DNA of 64,000 bases from Adineta vaga (lineage: Eukaryota; Animalia; Rotifera), in contig CP075495.1 of assembly GCA_021613535.1 (NCBI GenBank), positions 1,550,001-1,614,000 on the forward strand, read 5' to 3'. How positions within the stretch are numbered: the first letter of the stretch is position 1; each line of letters starts with the position of its first letter. A model generated the notes under the pieces. It saw only the letters and a list, made by a program, of their open reading frames with translations. It made no database searches and had not been told where the DNA came from. The translations under genes and the position numbers were made by a program. Of the stretch, positions 1 through 13,697 are shown piece by piece.

Positions 1-559
1 TACATATTATTCCTTGTTTAATTTATGCAACGATTACCTATTCATTAACGGATCTTCATCGATCAATTGATCGTTTTTGTTTTTTTATGTTAACGAATCT
101 ATTGACGAAAATCTTCGGTTCAGCCATGTGTTATTTTGTTGCTGCAAGTACTTCATCATTTGGTAAAGTTTTTCTTGAAGATAGATAAAGAGATTTTCTC
201 TGTTTATAGGTGTTGCACTTGTTATGGTTGTTGCTAGTTATGTAACAATGATGTTATTTAGTGGATTTCTTATTTCTCTTGAAAGTATTGCATCATTTCT
301 TCGATGGATTCAATGGTTAAGTGTATTTCGTTATGCATCAAATGCTTTAGCAATCAATGAATTTCGAAATTTAACATTATGTTTAGCATCTCAATCGACT
401 ATTTGTCTAACAAAAGGAGAAGATATTCTCACACATCGACAGATTCCACATACAACAACATGGCATCTTTGGCAAAATATAGTTGCATTAGTAATGATTA
501 TTTTAACATTTTTTCTCATGGCTTATATTCAATTGTTACGTATGAAAAAATTTCAATAG
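1..559 (+). CDS. ABCG-family (ABCG2/White-like) transporter, 3' end (ABC-2 membrane domain); truncated by the window start
   Basis: Last exon 210-559 encodes MMLFSGFL...FLRWIQWLSVFRYASNALAINEF...LWQNIVAL, typical of the ABCG C-terminal TM region. Intron gtaaag...tttatag at 163-209. Confidence 0.88.
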
Positions 560-572
560 GAAATAAAACAAA

Positions 573-860
573 GTACGGAAACTTTGGATTTCATCCGAAA
601 GTTATGTGTACTGCAAAAAGTGTATGAGAAAGATGAATCATGCTGAGATGTCTGTACATCAAAATTATCATGAAAAATCTTTTCAAATTCCACCGAGATA
701 TTGATGAGACTGAACTGCGCAGAAAATTTCAACACGATCTGTCTTTTCTCTCGAAATTTATCGAGTAAACGGACGATCAGACACACTGATCGATTCTAGT
801 TGTGCAATTACTTTTTGAGTACACTAAAACATCATATGTGCATTTTGGTTTTCTTCGTAA
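573..860. repeat. Possible degenerate interspersed repeat / transposon fragment just 3' of the ABCG stop codon
   Basis: Starts gtacggaaactttggatttcatccgaaagttatg and is slightly more GC-rich than its flanks. It resembles, from memory only, a repeat seen in bdelloid assemblies. No second copy or terminal inverted repeat was found in this window. Confidence 0.3.
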
Positions 861-1073
861 GTAAATAAAAAAGAATGTCCATGATTTTAGTAACAGAAAA
901 AAAACAACAACGCGTTTCGCGGAAAAAGAAGTGCTTGAAATTTAAATGATTATCTGATTTTGGTTTTCGATAGTCTTGATTTAATACCGGAAGGGATCAT
1001 CAGAATCTCTATCAATTATGTTCATCCTACAATTGGATTTATCATTAACCAAGAAAATGCCTTGATGAAGACA

Positions 1074-1086
1074 GTTACATAGTAAC
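1074..1086. promoter_or_regulatory. RFX X-box-like palindrome GTTACATAGTAAC
   Basis: 13-bp GTTAC-N3-GTAAC inverted repeat about 480 bp upstream of the ATG at 1568. Confidence 0.4.
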
Positions 1087-1567
1087 ATGAAAGTTTGTTG
1101 CGAATGAAGGATCTAAATCATCACTAAAACTCGTTGCCAATTAGTGAAACAATATACAAATTCATTAAGAAGATAGATTGAAAATGTAATATAATGAAAG
1201 AATCGTTTACAGATTTTTCTTTGAAAAAGAATCACTGACGTAATTTGCGTTGACAAAATCTTGAACTTCTATGACTAATTGGAAATTTCTCTTTATTCCC
1301 TTTTCATTCTACCTATAAATAGTATTAACAATCTTTGTGCACATAGAAAGACAAATCAATTCTTTTACTTCTTCACAATTGTTGAATGCGAGGGTAAATA
1401 TATAATTTCACGTGTTTCTGTCTGTCACAAAAAAAAGGTAAGACACGAAAACAAATGATAAATGTCTATTTACAATTATTCTTGTAGTTTCTAACTGTAA
1501 CAAGATTCACTTTATTCGCAAACAATCGATTATAGTTAATTATTTAAGGAAAAAAAACAAGCTAAAT

Positions 1568-2005
1568 ATGTCGAACTTACAATCAATAAAAATAGGCTGG
1601 TATGATAAAAACGTCTATAGCGAGGAAAATAAAGAATTATTGCATGCAATACGTGGAATTCATCATTGTATGGAGTTCGTAGATGAAACTGAATGTGAGA
1701 GATTCATTGGACGTGGAATTAATAATTCACAAAAATTTATTTTGATTATAAGTGGTGCCTTGGGTCAAAGTTTTGTTCCAACGATTAGTGATCGAAGAAA
1801 TATCTATTCAATCTACATCTATTGTGGAAATAAATCTTTTCATGAAACATGGACTGTACGGTATGGTTCGAAGGTAAAATATGCTCTCTAACATTTACCA
1901 TTTACCATTTATCTTATCTCAATTTAGGTTAAAGTGACAAATTCACCTACGGAACTTGTCGAGAAAATTAAAGCAGATATCAAGGCATTGACAAGTACGA
2001 TATAA
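1568..2005 (+). CDS. Small (~127 aa) stand-alone receiver-like (CheY-fold-like) domain protein
   Basis: Exons 1568-1873 and 1928-2005. Pattern IGWYD / FVDETEC / FILIISGALG / IYIYCGNK / HETW / KVKVTNSP has (beta-alpha)5 spacing and resembles the N-terminal module of bdelloid ART/TPR proteins. Confidence 0.65.
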
Positions 2006-2494
2006 GACGATTCTTAAACAAGTTTCTTTTTTCCTTCTAATAATTAGATTTTATTGATAGTTGTTATGTATATATTATTAGTATCGTTTGAATAAAATAA
2101 ACCTTTTTTGTTCAAGTTATATAAAAACGAAGTAATATCTCACCATTTCTAAAATATCCATTCATTGATCGATTACATTTAAGTGAGATTTTGCAATAAC
2201 AACACATCTGATAATGATAATCTCAATCTAATTCGAGATATTTCTTCTAATTTATGTAAACAAATGCCTGGAGATAAAGTATTCAATAATATCGTAGATA
2301 ACATGAAAACTATTTTCATATTTATATGAAAACGAACCTGATCTCGACCGTATTATCTTTCCTAAGAAAACAATGTCAAGAAAACCAAATCAAAAAATAT
2401 CTTTCAATTTTATATTTAACTCATATACAAAAAGAAAAATAAATAAATATAAACAAAATTCAATGATAAATTCTGTTAATAAATCAAAAATTCT

Positions 2495-5057
2495 TTAAAA
2501 AATATTTCCTGTTAAATTCATTTTCAATCCTTCTTCTAAATTATTTCCAACTGACTTTAAATCCATTTCTAAATCTTTTGAAAACGCTGATATATAACCG
2601 GCATTCTTCAACATTGGTATAATTGTTAAACATAAAACTGTACTTAAAACGGTAAAGAATGTAAATAACCAAAATAATAATCGATCCATGATTAAAGCCA
2701 TTAATTTCCATTCACTAATGATTTCATTACGTTCTTCTTCAAGTTTTTGTTTATTAAGAAGATATTTCAAATGTTTTTCTAATAGATACATATTTGAATT
2801 GAAGAGATTTTGATGTAGACGAGAATTTGAAGGTATCGATGATGAAGATGATTGATGAGGTACAAGAACAATCGGAGGAACAACACGTCGAGAACGATGA
2901 TGTCGATGACGTTTGTTTATTGATGATACTGAAAGAAGATCACCATTAATTGTTGGAATAGTTGGTAGAAATTCTTTCTTTGCTGCTTCTTCTTCATCAT
3001 CATTGTAATATTCATCATCATGTTCCGTATCTATAGAAGAAGAAAAGACTTCAATCTATCAATTAAATAAATGTGAGAGAATAGAAGATTCACAACAAAA
3101 CTCATTTAATAATGAAACAATTATTCGATATTCTCGAAGGATTTCTCGATATTTTATATTACTTTGTCGACATTTAATCTTTTGTTTTTCTTTTATTTTT
3201 CTATTAATTGAATTTGTTCTTGGACTATCTGATAAACGTTGTGTTGCTCGATAAAAACATCGATAAACAGCATCTGTTTCAATTAAATTATGTTCACGTG
3301 CATAGATTTCTACGGTTTTTCTCATTCCAATAACAGGTGCTATATAGTGAACTAATGAATATTTAAATGAATGTGGAATTGGTAGAACAACAGGACCCGA
3401 ATGATGTAATTGAAGAACATAAACTGTAAGAACAATAGATAATGATGTAAATGCCATGACAGCAGTTAAATAGATTTCAATCAATGGAACCATTTCACTG
3501 GTTGCTGGCATCGATTCCGCAATTAATAACATAAATACGGAGAATGCAAGAAGAACAGTTATACCCAATGTGATCTTTTCTCCTGAATCGGGCGGTAACC
3601 AAAATCCAAGAACTGAAAGTATTGAAAGCCATATACAAGGAAATATAATATTGAATAGATAATATAAAACTCGACGACGTATATGAACTAAAATGAAATG
3701 AATTTTTGTTTCTTTTTATTGTAAATATTTCGTCTTACCATAGATAGTAACATCGGGATAATAAATACCCGGACAACATGTATAATTAACATCATTTCGT
3801 TTGACAAGAATTCGAATGATATCCCATTCACCTGAACGAATATAATTCGTCATATCAACACTATCACGTCGTTTAGTTAGATTAACTTGAGCTGCATCAT
3901 ATGTCCACGAACCAAATTTTAATTTACATAATTGATCTTGATTACAATCGAACAAAAAATACATATTTCTAATTGTAAATTTCCTTTTGTTTTTTCTTAC
4001 CATCAAATGGAAAAAATGTTACATCTATTTTACATGATGATCGAAATTTTGCTGGCGGTGGCCAAAATACATGTCCAGTGTTATCAACCATTGCTTTACT
4101 TTGATAATAACCTTGAGTATAATCATCTGCTGAATTATATAAAACAATATCTGGTAACCAAATTTTTGAACATGGTAATCGAAGAGTTGTTAAACCATTA
4201 AAATCCGATGCATTCCATACTAAACGTTGATCAATCCATTCCTTTTATTTTTTGTTATTTGAGAAAAAGAACATTAAATGATTTGAATATTTTTGTTTTC
4301 AACAAACCTGTTCAAGCCATATATTTGTTGTTAAAATTTGATTTCTTTCATCCTAAAAATAGAATATATTAGGTAAGAAGAATTAGAATTGAAATTATAG
4401 AAATATCTAATTGAATATTCTTCTCATAAGATAAAGAATCTTGTTGTCTAGCGGAAACTCTTCATAAACGAATTAAGATCAATTTTTTTTTCTTCTTCAA
4501 ATTCATTTCGATATAAACTTCTGTAGCTTCCAGCGATCATAAGTCTTATTAAATTAGCACGATGTCAGAAATTGCCCTTCAAAATGTCAATCAAACAAAA
4601 GAAAGAGACAAATATCTCATATACACACATATCTATCGTTGCACATCATTGCATTTTCTTTTTGATCTTTAATATATTTACATAATAGACAGACGAAAAT
4701 CTCTTCATTATCAAATCCCTAATCACATACCATATCGCTGAGTTGAGTTAGTGCAATACCAAAAGCAATACTAACAGTATCCGATGCATTATATACAGGA
4801 CGTGCAGATGGATCATAATTTCTTAATAATTGTGCCAATAGACGTTGTTCATCAGGTATTAAATCCGATTCATTGAAAGCTAAATGATAATATGGATGAT
4901 GATAATAATTTAACATTGAATGAGAATTTTGTTGATTCGATGAGGATGATGAAGACGATGAACTATCTTTATTTTGCATTGTTAAACTGGAAAACATTAG
5001 TTGACAATAGAATTCCGAAATATTTGTTAATAGAAGAAAGAAAATCAACACAATCAT
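2495..5057 (-). CDS. Nicotinic acetylcholine receptor alpha subunit (alpha9/10- or alpha7-like), multi-exon
   Basis: Signal peptide from ATG 5057; EQRLLAQLLRNYDPSARPV; Cys loop CKIDVTFFPFDDQLC; GSWTYD; vicinal Cys YTCCPG; M2 region PPDSGEKITLGITVLLAFSVFMLLIAE (GEK, cation-selective type); M4 EWKLMALIMDRLLFW. Confidence 0.95.
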
Positions 5058-7233
5058 GATGCTAACGATGATCAATGAATGGAGCTTTTTTTTTCTATTA
5101 ACTTGTCATTTAGTGTTGTATCACTGACTTTATTAATGTAATAAGATCTGGATGTTTTCTACTCATAGCGAGAGAGAGAGAGAAAGAAAGAGAAAAAGAA
5201 AAGAAAAGATATGATATTCTAATCTGTTTAGAATATGAGAAAAATTGTTGAGAGTATTGTCATGAATGTCTAGTTAATCGTTCTCATGAGTAATATCAAA
5301 ATTGATATCATCTATTACATTAATAATAAAAATATAAAAAAAAACGAAGAATTTCTTCTTTATTTTTATCGATAACGATCGTTTGTTTACATACCATTAT
5401 CATACCAGGCATTTGAATCTGATGAAAGCCAAGAACTACTCCATAATAATGAATTTGGTAATTGACTTCCACCAGATGGAACATTCGTACGTGTACGTTG
5501 TGATGAATAATGTCCACTGCTACTTGTTTTACATTCGAATTTTGTTGAAAATAATAAGATTAGAACTAAATCAATCGATACTATTTGTTCGAAGAGCATT
5601 ACATCTGAAATAAAGATAAGAGAGAAAGTGGTACTAGACTTCATCTTCTATTCTAATCATATCATGATTTGAAGTTTGATAGAAAGTGAAACATGCAACA
5701 TACTTATCAAATGATGACGATATATATTCAATCGAAATAATCTTTACTTATGGTACGAAATGTTTTTGAAAACAATGTAAAAGATAATATGAAGATGATT
5801 AGTTTCACTAGTATTCGTGTATAGACGAGAAGAAATGTAAGAATGAAAAAAACAAAATAGAATTTGTTCTTCTTTATCTACGACAACGTTCTCATCTGAA
5901 CTGACAAGACGATGTGCGGAAAAATCTTCATCAAATCATTTGTTTTTCCCCCTCTTTTTCTTGTCTTACAACAATTGAGAGAATCGATCATTGAGATAAG
6001 TATTATTAACTAATATCCTTAATTTCTAATCAAACATGTTCGATTTTATCTAATGAATTCTTTGCATGTCATGACTTAGTATCTATCAAACAGTTACTCT
6101 ACATAATATTCGAAAGAAGAAAGTCACTCACATCAAGTCTTCAATTAATAGTTGACCGATATAGTTTTAAGTAAGATCATGATACATTTACTTCTCATAA
6201 TTGCATGACGAAACGAATGATTAACTGAAGAAAAGCAATGATTATTATACGAGAATAGAAAGAGATATTAACGATACAGTCTCGCATAATCAAGATGGAA
6301 TTTAGAGAAAATCGATCTAGAGAACTATCAGATGAAGGCAAAGTAAAGAATTCAGTGATTCCCAAATGCTTACAAAATGCAATGTTAATTTTCATTTCTC
6401 AAAATAAAAATATCTTCTATTTGATTGAATATTTATATATATTCAAAGATCATTTGCATGATTTTATAAATATTCTCAACAGACTATTCATTGCTTGTGT
6501 CCATTATCAACATATCTAAGTAAAAAAGAACACATTTGTCAAAGATCATTAAGAGTACTTAATCGATATCCCTAATTTATCTAAATATCGATCAGCTGAA
6601 AATCTGAATGCATATTCAACCAATGTTATATTTGAAGTTTTTCGAGATGAAATGAGATTTAAAGACGAATATTTTCTTCTTCGAAAGATATCGTCAACTA
6701 ATTAACTATTCTGTGAAGCTATCTCATTGACGTGTCATAATGATAAAATCAACCACATCATGTTTTGAAGTACGCATGAATAAATGTATTTTTGTCACAG
6801 TTGAGTGCGTTCGACAACAGATAGTTTCTTTTGATCTATAATATTTATTTCTTTTTTTTCCACTATTTGTAATCATTTTGAGCAAACGGATTTTCTAAAT
6901 ATGATTATACTCAACAATGAAATGAAAGTATAATAGATTATTTTCTCCGCTGTATATAATATGATCAAACAGGCGTGGACGGTTTGTTGATGTGTGGGTA
7001 AGAAATAAATTAAGATCGATATCACTATTAATTTGTGAGTAATACGTACATTGCGGCAAATGTATGTAGATTGACATGCAGAACAGATTGTAACAAGTAT
7101 TCAAAATCAGAATGATAGTATGTATTCGAAGTTAACAATTCTTTTTACTATTTCTAAACTATTTTACATCAGAGGATTTACATGTTTTCTAAATTGAAAT
7201 AATTCAGATTAGTTTATTTTTCATTGGGTAATT

Positions 7234-9253
7234 ATGAGCACAACGACTTCTGGATCGAATCGTTCTCATTCGTCGCACAGTCGATCGTCTGAACGTAGAA
7301 CACATGTGAGTATGGTACATATACGATCGAACATATTCTCTATGGATTTTTTAATAGAAATCAGAAAAGTCAATGCCAAGTCCAAAACATTCACATAACG
7401 ATCGAACAAATGTTCCAGTTATCGATCAACGAGGATCACAATCTCTTCCCAATTTTCCATTTAATGAAGAAGTTCAACGATTGACTAGTAATGGTACTCC
7501 TCAACGAATTGTACATGGCAAAGGGTAATTGAATTGAATCTATTTTCAAATAATCAACCGATCTGATTGAAATTTCTGTCTAGTGGTGGTGCTTTCGGTG
7601 TATTTGAAGCAAATCATGATATTTCGGATATTTGTAAAGCTAAAGTATTTAAGAAAGGTACCAAAACTCGTGTACTAGTTCGTTTCTCCATTGGTTGTAA
7701 GTTCGTTTGTTTCATACGCAAATCAGGAAAATATTTACACAAGTTTTCATCTTTTTTTCAGGTGAGGGAAACGGTTTTCCTGATACAGTTCGTGAAGCAC
7801 GTGGCTTTGCAGTCAAAATGTATACTGAAGAAGGTATATGGGATTTTCTTGGTAGTAGTTCACCTGTATTTCTCATTCGAAGTCCAGAACTAGTATGAAA
7901 ATGTCTTTGTTCTCATCTCACAATGTTAAATTCAATCTATTTCAGTTTTCATCATTGGCTCAAGCACAAAAACGTCATCCACAAACTCATGGAAAAGATC
8001 CAAATTTATTCTGGAACTTCGTAGGAAACAATCCTCAAACTTTACATCATGTATGCTTTTCTCTTTACTTTGTTTTGTTTTTCTTTTGTTAACATTCATC
8101 GATTTAGATTCTTATAGTTCATTCAGATCGTGGTATGCCAGATGGCTTTCGACATTTAAATGGTTATGGTTCACATACATTTAAAATGGTCAACGATAGA
8201 AATGGATTCGTTTGGGTCAAATTTCATTTTCGAGTGAAGATTCAATTGAGAATTATCGTTTCGTATATGAAAATGAATCCTTTTCTTCTGTATAGTGCGA
8301 CCAGAACATCAGAAACTTAGATCCTAAAACAGCAGGAACGATCGCTGGTGGACAACTTCATTATGCAGCAGCCGATTTATATCATGCTATTGCAACAAAG
8401 AACTATCCGAGTTGGACACTCTACCTTCAAGTATGAAATGACGATATTTTTAATTTTGATTTCCTGATAGCTTCGCGTCTTTAACTTTTATAGGTAATGA
8501 CTGACGAACAAGCTAGAAGTGTTGCATTCAATCCATTTGACATGACAAAAATATTTCCGCACAAAGATTTTCCCCTTCGTAAAGTTGGTCGATTGACATT
8601 AAATGAAAATCCAACTAATTATACTTCTCAAATTGAACAAGCAGCTTTCAATCCTACTCATATGCCACCTGGTATCGAGCCATCACCCGACAAAATCTTA
8701 CAGGTACATAAATCTCACGTATTATTTATCATTGTTAATAAGATAACTCTTTACAGTTGCGTTTGAACTCATACACTGATGCCCATCGACGTCGAGTTGG
8801 TCAAAATGATCTTTCTATTCCTGTCAATAATCCACAAACGAATCACAATTTTCGAGGAAACTCTTTTCATCAATCTGGTTTCACTCAAACAAGTACGCAT
8901 AATAATTAATTATTGAATTCATACTTAACATTGTATTCTTGATTTCATCGACTAGTTCATGGTGCTTTTGATGCCAGTGTTTTTGGCAATTATATGATGT
9001 TAGGCGAAGATGATTTTTCTCAACCACGTGATTTCTACAAAGTAGATAATTCTATTTGTATTATTTTTCTATTGAAATATTATCTTCTTTATAGAGAGTG
9101 CTCGATCAGCAAGGTCGTGTTAATTTAATCGATAATATTGCTGAAAGTTTAGGACAATGTACGGATAGAAATATTGTTCATCGAATATTGGTACTTTTGT
9201 CTCATCTTGATGTTGATTTTGGACAGAAGATGGCGGAAAAAATTCGTTTCTAA
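7234..9253 (+). CDS. Heme catalase family protein, divergent, ~11 short introns
   Basis: Motifs [73 protein letters not shown] and [14 protein letters not shown] (proximal Tyr). Confidence 0.92.
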
Positions 9254-9865
9254 TTGTCAAAACACAAATGTGAGGTTTCCTTCAATCTGATTATTTCTAT
9301 GATCTAATATAAATGTGTTCTATATTTAGTATTCGTCCTTTTTTCATGCAAAAATCAAACGAGACTATGATTCAATAATGATGATGGTATCTCTTTGATA
9401 ATTGTCTGTCCATAATCATAAACATAATAGTCAATTCCTTTATATTTTTGGTGATGGTTATTTCTATTCTTTTTCCCCAACTTTAGATTCATTTTTATGT
9501 AGTTGTCTAAACAATTCGACTTTGTCCATCAACAACTCTAAATAAAATAAAATTTTCATTTGATTCATCAGTCACATGATCAAATTTTGTTGTCTCCTCA
9601 ATTTTATTTTGAACATATATGATAGAATGCAAATAATAACAAAGAAATACCATTGAAAAGAGGAAAAATAAACTACTAGCAAATGAAAAAAACGCCAAAG
9701 TATTTAAAATAAAACAATAGGCTTTTCCTCATAAACATAACACACACACACACATTCAAACAAAACAAAACAGAAAAAGAAGAACAGAACAGTAACAGAC
9801 AAAATAGACTATATTTTTTATACATCAAGACACACAAAAGAAAGAGAAATCAATTCTCAAATAAT

Positions 9866-11710
9866 CTAAAGTTTATAGAATCGAATCGAGTTTACATCAC
9901 GTACGACTAAATGTTTGCCATTTTCACGTCGTTTACCACGCTCATCCATAATACAAACATTATATATCGAATCTGAACAACGTTTAGATGTTGGTAATAA
10001 TAATTTTTGTGCTAAAAAAAACCCAAATGTTAATGATTAACAAATGTAAAAATCAATTCTTACCATCTTTTCCATTATAATTCAAATGAATGAGATAAGG
10101 TCGTCGAATAGCAAATAACCATCCTTGTTCACCGGGTAATACTTCCATTTGAAAATTTTCTCCAGCAAAACGAAGATGTGTCAAATCAATATCGATACGA
10201 CGTTGTGGAAGAAGTTTTTGTTGTTTTTCATTGATAACAACAGAAAATAAATGAAGAGACCAATGACGTTCATGTCGAGCAAGAAAATGTAATAATCCAT
10301 TTGCATAACGCATAGAAGCAATTCCACAAACACCCGATTCTTGTTCGCACTATTTCAACATAATACAAAAGATTTTGATATAAGAAAGAAACATTCTACT
10401 TTTTCTTCATCTTCATCTTCATCATTATATCTTGGTGGTGGAAATAATTCTCGTGGTGTCCATCGTTTTAAAAGTGACCAAGTAGCCATGGTTGATATAA
10501 ACCATAGATCAAGACTTGGCGATGGATATTCATATGCAAGAAATACATAGGATTGTTGATCACAAGCAATATGCGCTAAACTATGTCTTAATGATGGAAT
10601 TTCATATTCACTTATTTGATTTATTGCACCACTTTCTGGTTCACATTGATATACACGATGATATCTATGAAACAACACAATATCAAACTAAAGATTCAAA
10701 TTCTTCTTACGTAATAAAAAGAAAGACTTGTAATTGTTCATGCCACGTATACTTTGAACAGCATCTATTTGTGTCATAGTTTGAAATTCTGGTAACATTA
10801 ATACACATTGTTCTTCATATTGATTATAGATTGTTAAACAACGCATAGATTGCGGTAGACGATGACCTTTATATGTATGACACCAATCATCGGCTATGAT
10901 ATATCGACCATTGGAACATAATTGATAAAGACCAGCACGATTTTGTGTTTGAAACGTTTGTGTTGGTGTTGATGTAACTAGACGATTGCAAACAATTTCT
11001 GATAGGAGTGGTTCATCTGGAGGAAAAGCACCAGCTTGAGATAGAAGATATTTATCATATTCTGTTGAATTTTGTGAAATAGTATCATGCTGAGATTTTT
11101 GAAATGACACCGAAGCTGACTAATAAACGAGAAAAAAAGATATATTTATAATTCTTTCTTTTTTTTTCTCTCCAAAATATTTATTCACAGTGCTTGATTT
11201 TCTTGACGAAGAAATAGTTATTGTTCTATCGTCTAGATTTGTTTGTGTTGAATTATACCAATCAAGTAAACGTTGTTCACAAACATTCTCTAAATCTGTT
11301 GATATAATTCGTCTAAAAATATAATATTCTGTTTATTAATCAAATGTTTTCCTAAAGATAAATGAACTGATTTACTTTGAAATAATCTCTTGTATACGTT
11401 GATCGACAATATTTTGTTGATCTTTCGTATTATCATAACGTGATAACCATGAAAAGATGAAATCAATTTGACAATAATATTTTCCACAATGTGAACAACG
11501 TGAATTTGTTAAAGTAGTTGATGTTGATTTGGTTAATTGAGGTGATGTCGATGAATCAAGATAAGAATTCATCATTGTCTTTAATAAGAAAGAAAATCAA
11601 TGAAGAAAATATCATTTTCAAATGATTACCATTTGTCGACGAGAAAATGAATGTGCTAAAGCACAATCATTCGATGAAGTATTTCGATTTGATTGATGCA
11701 TATTGTTCAT
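9866..11710 (-). CDS. Uncharacterised multi-exon protein with a CxxC-x4-C (B-box-like) motif, a helical segment and a possible C-terminal beta-propeller
   Basis: ORF pieces 11372-11575, 10688-11110, 10355-10678 and 10053-10313 join via GT-AG introns; contains RCSHCGKYYCQ; stop at 9866. The domain calls are inference. Confidence 0.6.
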
Positions 11711-12102
11711 TTAAATACAAAACATAAAGAAGATATCTTTCACTCTTCTTTTCAATCGTATATCGTTATGTCTTTATCTCGACTAATAAATTGTATTTTC
11801 ATACGAAAGAAAAAGAAAACAGAACGACGAAGATAATTCATGTCGAAACGATATGTTTATAACAACTATTTAAAATGTATCGTGAAACTATGCACTAGAG
11901 AAAGAGAATAAAAGCATGTGCTTTTATATGGATGAACTTTTGTTTTATTTCTTCTTTTTCAAAAATGAACGATGAATATGAGCATAATCATTGTTTACTT
12001 TGTTTAAACAATTTTATTCCATTTCTATAAAATCAGTATGAAATATATTCAGAGAACAAAATCAAAAGTTCTGTACAACGTTTTTTTTTTGTTTTAAAAT
12101 CT

Positions 12103-13697
12103 TTATGAAAAATAATCATCATATGTATGTAGAAAATTTATATCATCAGTATTATCTTCACCGGAAATACTTTTCTTCATATGTAATACATCGAATTTCT
12201 TGAGTAATTCGAGAATTTGTCTATTGAAAATAAACAATAAAGTTTATATTTATAAGATTGAAAGAAAATATTCATTGAAACTTACACAATATGTTCTTCT
12301 GTAAATTCACTTTGATCTTGTTTAGTAATTTCTTTTCTTATTCTTTGTTCTAATTTATCGAGTTCAATTAATAATCTTTCGCTATCTTTGCTTGTATTGA
12401 ATATGACCATCTACAAAAAGAGACTTAGAAGATGTCTAAAAGAAAAATTGTAAGAAAGAATCTACTTGAGTATCTCGAATAGCTTGTTGAAGTAATGAAC
12501 AAACAGATATATGAACAGATTTATCATTTAATTCTTGTTTTTTTCTCGTTAATTCATCAAGTAAATCAAATACTTTTTGTCTCAAATCATCAACTAATTC
12601 CGCTTGAGTTTTTACTCGAATTTCTGTTGTTACAATTGAATGTATTCGATCTAGGAAAACAATTCATTTTCTATTTTGCTCTTTTCAATAGAAAACAAAC
12701 CTGATGCTTCATTTTGTGATTTGATTTGTTGTTGTTTAGCTCGTTTTAATTCATCTTTTAATTGTCGATTTCGTTCGATAGCTTGTCTTGTTTGATCTTC
12801 AATTTTCTGAATATCAAATAATTCAGAACTAGTCGCTGAAAATCTTGGTGTAGATTGACGTAATCGTTTTAATTGTTCAGCAATATGTGAACCATGTTCA
12901 GGTTGATTAATCAATAAATGATCGAGATATAATTCATATTCATTCTAGATTAATTCAAGACAAAGATCTTATCAAAAGAAATTTGGAATTTTTACATACT
13001 TTAATACGTTCGAGAACAGGTCCGAAAGCAACTGAACCTTCAATAAGTTGATTCATCGCATCACCATATGCCTGAAGACGACTTAAACTAAGTATTTGAC
13101 GTTTATGTTCATTATCAATCGTTGTTAATTTCTATAAAAAAAGATTCTTTTGCATTTATATACAAGAATAAGTCAATTTACCATTAGAAGAGTCTGTTCG
13201 ACTAAGGCAACAAAATCTTCACTATATCCCAAACCATGTAAATTCACATCTTTTGTTTGTATAATTTTATCATTGAATGTTTTCATCTTACGTACACGTT
13301 GTTCTTCAGAAAGATCAATTGAAAATGTTGGTACATGTATACGTTCATTATTAATTCGTGGTAATTGTTCACTTGTTATCGATGATGATACAGATGGTGA
13401 TTCATTTGCTCTTGGTGTTTGCTTTTTGGGAAGTTCTGGTAATGAAACATAAGTAAAATCAACTAAACAATCTTTCATTTCTTCGACTGTATTCGAATAT
13501 GTTTTTAAATGATGAGATGGTCGTAATGTTGGATGAGGTTTTTGTGAAGATGACCATGTTGGTTTTCTTTTACCATCAATTGTTTCACGTGGATGATAGA
13601 GATGATTTTCATTTAAATGTCCCGATGTTAAATCACGAATACTTTGAACTTGTTCCTGATAAATTGTATTACAGATCTGTTTCAATTGAGACGACAT
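12103..13697 (-). CDS. C6orf118-like / TSNAXIP1_N-domain coiled-coil protein (likely ciliary)
   Basis: N-terminal SGHLNENHLY; RLQAYGDAMNQLIEGSVAFGPVLERIK.EYELYL resembles the TSNAXIP1_N domain; coiled-coil C-terminal half. Confidence 0.7.

Noticed and set aside
905-925. ACGCGTTTCG motif reminiscent of Penelope-associated hammerhead ribozymes
   Set aside because: No CUGANGA box or stem II was found at the required position on the minus strand.
5387-5644. 85-aa minus-strand ORF upstream of the nAChR gene
   Set aside because: No recognisable motif; more likely a 5' UTR exon or upstream ORF.
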